Below, piece after piece: positions 25,975 to 27,675 of a stretch of 27,675 bases of DNA. A model generated the notes under the pieces. That model made no database searches and had not been told where the DNA came from. It was given only the letters and a program-made list of their open reading frames with translations. Both the position numbers and the translations under genes were made by a program. Position 1 is the stretch's first letter. Each line of letters opens with the position of its first letter. Origin of the DNA: an uncultured bacterium (GTDB lineage Bacteria > Patescibacteriota > Minisyncoccia > Phycocordibacterales > UBA2100); contig CBIMKN010000001.1 of NCBI GenBank assembly GCA_966244515.1, forward strand, positions 1-27,675. Direction: 5' to 3'.

Positions 25975-26556
25975 TTACTCGGCTGCCCGCTTTTCCCAGT
26001 ATGAGGCGGAGGCGCTTACGTACTCTGCGACTCGGCGTTCTGCCGCCGCCGCAAGCTTCGTGACCAACTTCTCGCGGTCTGCTTCGGGTGAACCGGCAGT
26101 CAGCCATGCTTCGAGCGCGTCAATCTGCGCGACGCTTGAGAGCGTGATTCGGCGGCCTTTTGCGGCGGCCCTCAGGAGCGTGGGACCGCCAATGTCAGTC
26201 TTCTCGAGTACATCATGGCTCGTTGAGAGGGGATTGGCGATCGTCTCCTCAAGCGGATAGAGAGTTACGAATACGAGGCCGACAGGTTGCACGCCAATTC
26301 TATCGAGCTCGTCAAAATCCTCTTTCGTGACCGCAAGGAGTGAAGCGTACACTTTGCGCGCAAGCGTCACCACTCGGTGCCCCAGGATCGGGGGTCCGAC
26401 TATGTCTCCGACGTCGCGACATGCAATGCCGTTCTCGCTGAGAAACTTCGCTGTGCCAGCTGAGCCCGTAAGAGACCAGCCGTACTGAGTGAGTAGCTGA
26501 GCGAGTCGGAGCAGGGGTGCATCTTTGCCATATGAAGCGAGCAGTGCGGTTTTCAT
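25975..26556 (-). CDS. Stand-alone PurH N-terminal IMP cyclohydrolase (MGS-like) domain
   Basis: Colinear with the PurH N-domain: GSAGTAKFL, RVVTL, TLYPL, DIGGPTLLRAAAK; stops at 193 aa with no AICAR transformylase domain. Confidence 0.82.
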   Translation of the reverse strand: MKTALLASYGKDAPLLRLAQLLTQYGWSLTGSAGTAKFLSENGIACRDVGDIVGPPILGHRVVTLARKVYASLLAVTKEDFDELDRIGVQPVGLVFVTLYPLEETIANPLSTSHDVLEKTDIGGPTLLRAAAKGRRITLSSVAQIDALEAWLTAGSPEADREKLVTKLAAAAERRVAEYVSASASYWEKRAAE

Positions 26557-26562
26557 GAGGCA

Positions 26563-26571
26563 ATCCTATCA
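26563..26571 (-). promoter_or_regulatory. Extended -10 (TGaTAGGAT) for the IMP-cyclohydrolase gene; its TGA is the kinase stop codon
   Basis: 6 nt before ATG 26556. Confidence 0.5.
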
Positions 26572-27666
26572 CGATGATTTGCGAGAGAAGTCTACCGCGA
26601 TCTCGTTGAGTCCGTCGCGCAGATCCGTTTCGTTGCCTACCTGGGTTTGGCCTCGCACGCCAGGGAATGTAACCGATACTGTCGTTCCGCGTCCGACCGC
26701 GCTGCGGATCGTGATCTTTCCCTGATGCATCTTGATGAGCTCAGAGACGATCGCGAGACCGAGCCCTGTACCTCCAGATGTCTTCGTGCGCGACGGATCG
26801 CCGCGATAGAACGGCTCAAAGATCCTGAACAGATCCTTTCTTGAGATGCCGACGCCTGAGTCTTGCACTATGAGTTCCACATGGCCGCCCGGAGCGGGCT
26901 CGACAGTCACGCGGATATGACCGCCGCGAGGTGTATACGAGAGCGCATTCTTGATGAGGTTGCCGACTATTTGCTGCAAAGCAGTGGAATTGCCCCACAC
27001 TTGCGTGTCAGGGCTTTTGCGCAGCGTTACTTGATGCTCGCCGCGTTTTGCGAGCGCAGAGAATTTCTGGATAACGTCTGTCGTTATCGCCGAGAGGTCG
27101 ACCGCTGCGAATTCTATGCGCTCCGGCCGCACGAGCGCAGAGAGCGACAGGAGGTTGTTGATGATCTCGGATATACGATCGAGTTCCTCGACGTTGGAGA
27201 GCAGTGTTTCTTTGAGGTCGCCTTTTACATGGTCATCGAGAAGGGCGACCTCCGTATTGGTCTTGATGACCGAGAGGGGAGTGCGAAGCTCGTGCGCGAT
27301 GTTGCCGATGAACTGTTTCTGCGATTCAAGCGCGTTGCGCGCAGGTGCGAGCGTAATGCGCGCGATGATGTAGCCGAAGAGAACCGTCGTGAGGATGATG
27401 ACGGATATGATGGTGAGCAGATTTTGATTCTTGATCTGGTCGAGTTGCTCCACAATCGACGCGCCGAGCGTGCTCGGCGGCACACCCTCGACGGCTTCGC
27501 GAATACCCTGAATCACCGCGGTAGAGATGTCGTGGTAGAGCAGGCTGAATGAGGCGCCGACGAGACCTAGGATCACTACAGCGAACGCTGCATGGAGGAG
27601 CACCACATGCACCTCGGTGCGGTGAAAGGGGTCGTAGCGATACCTATTCAGTAAGCCTGTACCCAA
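26569..27666 (-). CDS. Membrane sensor histidine kinase (HisKA + HATPase_c); 5' end possibly beyond the window
   Basis: Two TM segments, HELRTPL, NLIKNA, DSGVGI, FEPFYR, GTGLGL. The frame stays open to the window edge, so TTG 27666 may not be the start. Confidence 0.92.
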   Translation of the reverse strand: MGTGLLNRYRYDPFHRTEVHVVLLHAAFAVVILGLVGASFSLLYHDISTAVIQGIREAVEGVPPSTLGASIVEQLDQIKNQNLLTIISVIILTTVLFGYIIARITLAPARNALESQKQFIGNIAHELRTPLSVIKTNTEVALLDDHVKGDLKETLLSNVEELDRISEIINNLLSLSALVRPERIEFAAVDLSAITTDVIQKFSALAKRGEHQVTLRKSPDTQVWGNSTALQQIVGNLIKNALSYTPRGGHIRVTVEPAPGGHVELIVQDSGVGISRKDLFRIFEPFYRGDPSRTKTSGGTGLGLAIVSELIKMHQGKITIRSAVGRGTTVSVTFPGVRGQTQVGNETDLRDGLNEIAVDFSRKSS

Positions 27667-27675
27667 TTCCGCGGA

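Noticed and set aside
887-27552. Many long antisense or alternate-frame ORFs (e.g. 887-1693, 2023-3153, 3889-5067, 5138-6391, 7251-8291, 14202-15371, 15511-16659, 17565-18542, 26863-27552)
   Set aside because: Each shadows a motif-bearing gene, has no recognisable motif and is Arg/Ala-rich, as expected from GC-biased codon usage.
1-27675. CRISPR array, IS elements, rRNA/tRNA, alternative genetic code
   Set aside because: No spaced repeats, transposase or RNA gene signatures were seen by eye. Many intact genes end at TGA at the expected lengths, so code 25/4 is not supported.

Overview
A gene-dense, GC-rich bacterial chromosome segment with 29 protein-coding genes. I found no rRNA, tRNA, CRISPR array or recognisable mobile element. 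TGA is used as a stop, so the code is 11. Compact genes and near-universal leaderless-type starts suggest a Patescibacteria/CPR (Parcubacteria-like) genome; this is inference only. Four blocks: (1) 13-6583, an alpha-glucan module (PMM-like HAD-IIB, GT4, GH57, GH15, cupin PGI, ROK kinase). (2) 6564-11979, dedA plus a thymidylate/folate module (glyA, thyA, dcd, CYTH protein, NDT-like protein, folA). (3) 11997-22877, a purine operon (purL with a PurS-like N-terminus, purQ, purK, purE, purM, purC, purB) interrupted by a HAD phosphatase and two tandem P-loop AAA_28 proteins. (4) 23114-27666, a minus-strand block (ABC-2 pair, second PMM-like HAD, DUF1993, stand-alone IMP-cyclohydrolase domain, sensor kinase). 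The best candidate for an undescribed system is the CYTH-dcd-thyA-glyA run. ThyA keeps its catalytic and base-recognition residues but has lost most phosphate-binding arginines and gained a C-terminal extension. Dcd has lost the motif-3 Asp. No dUTPase is in the window, and a triphosphate-tunnel enzyme heads the run. Other leads are a purine gene set covering exactly the stretch between the two formylation steps, a divergent PurM, TAnnnT boxes 6-8 nt before 12 start codons, two SD-led hairpin-terminated cassettes, and an unexplained ~190-nt segment after purB. All family calls come from motif recognition by eye, without database searches.
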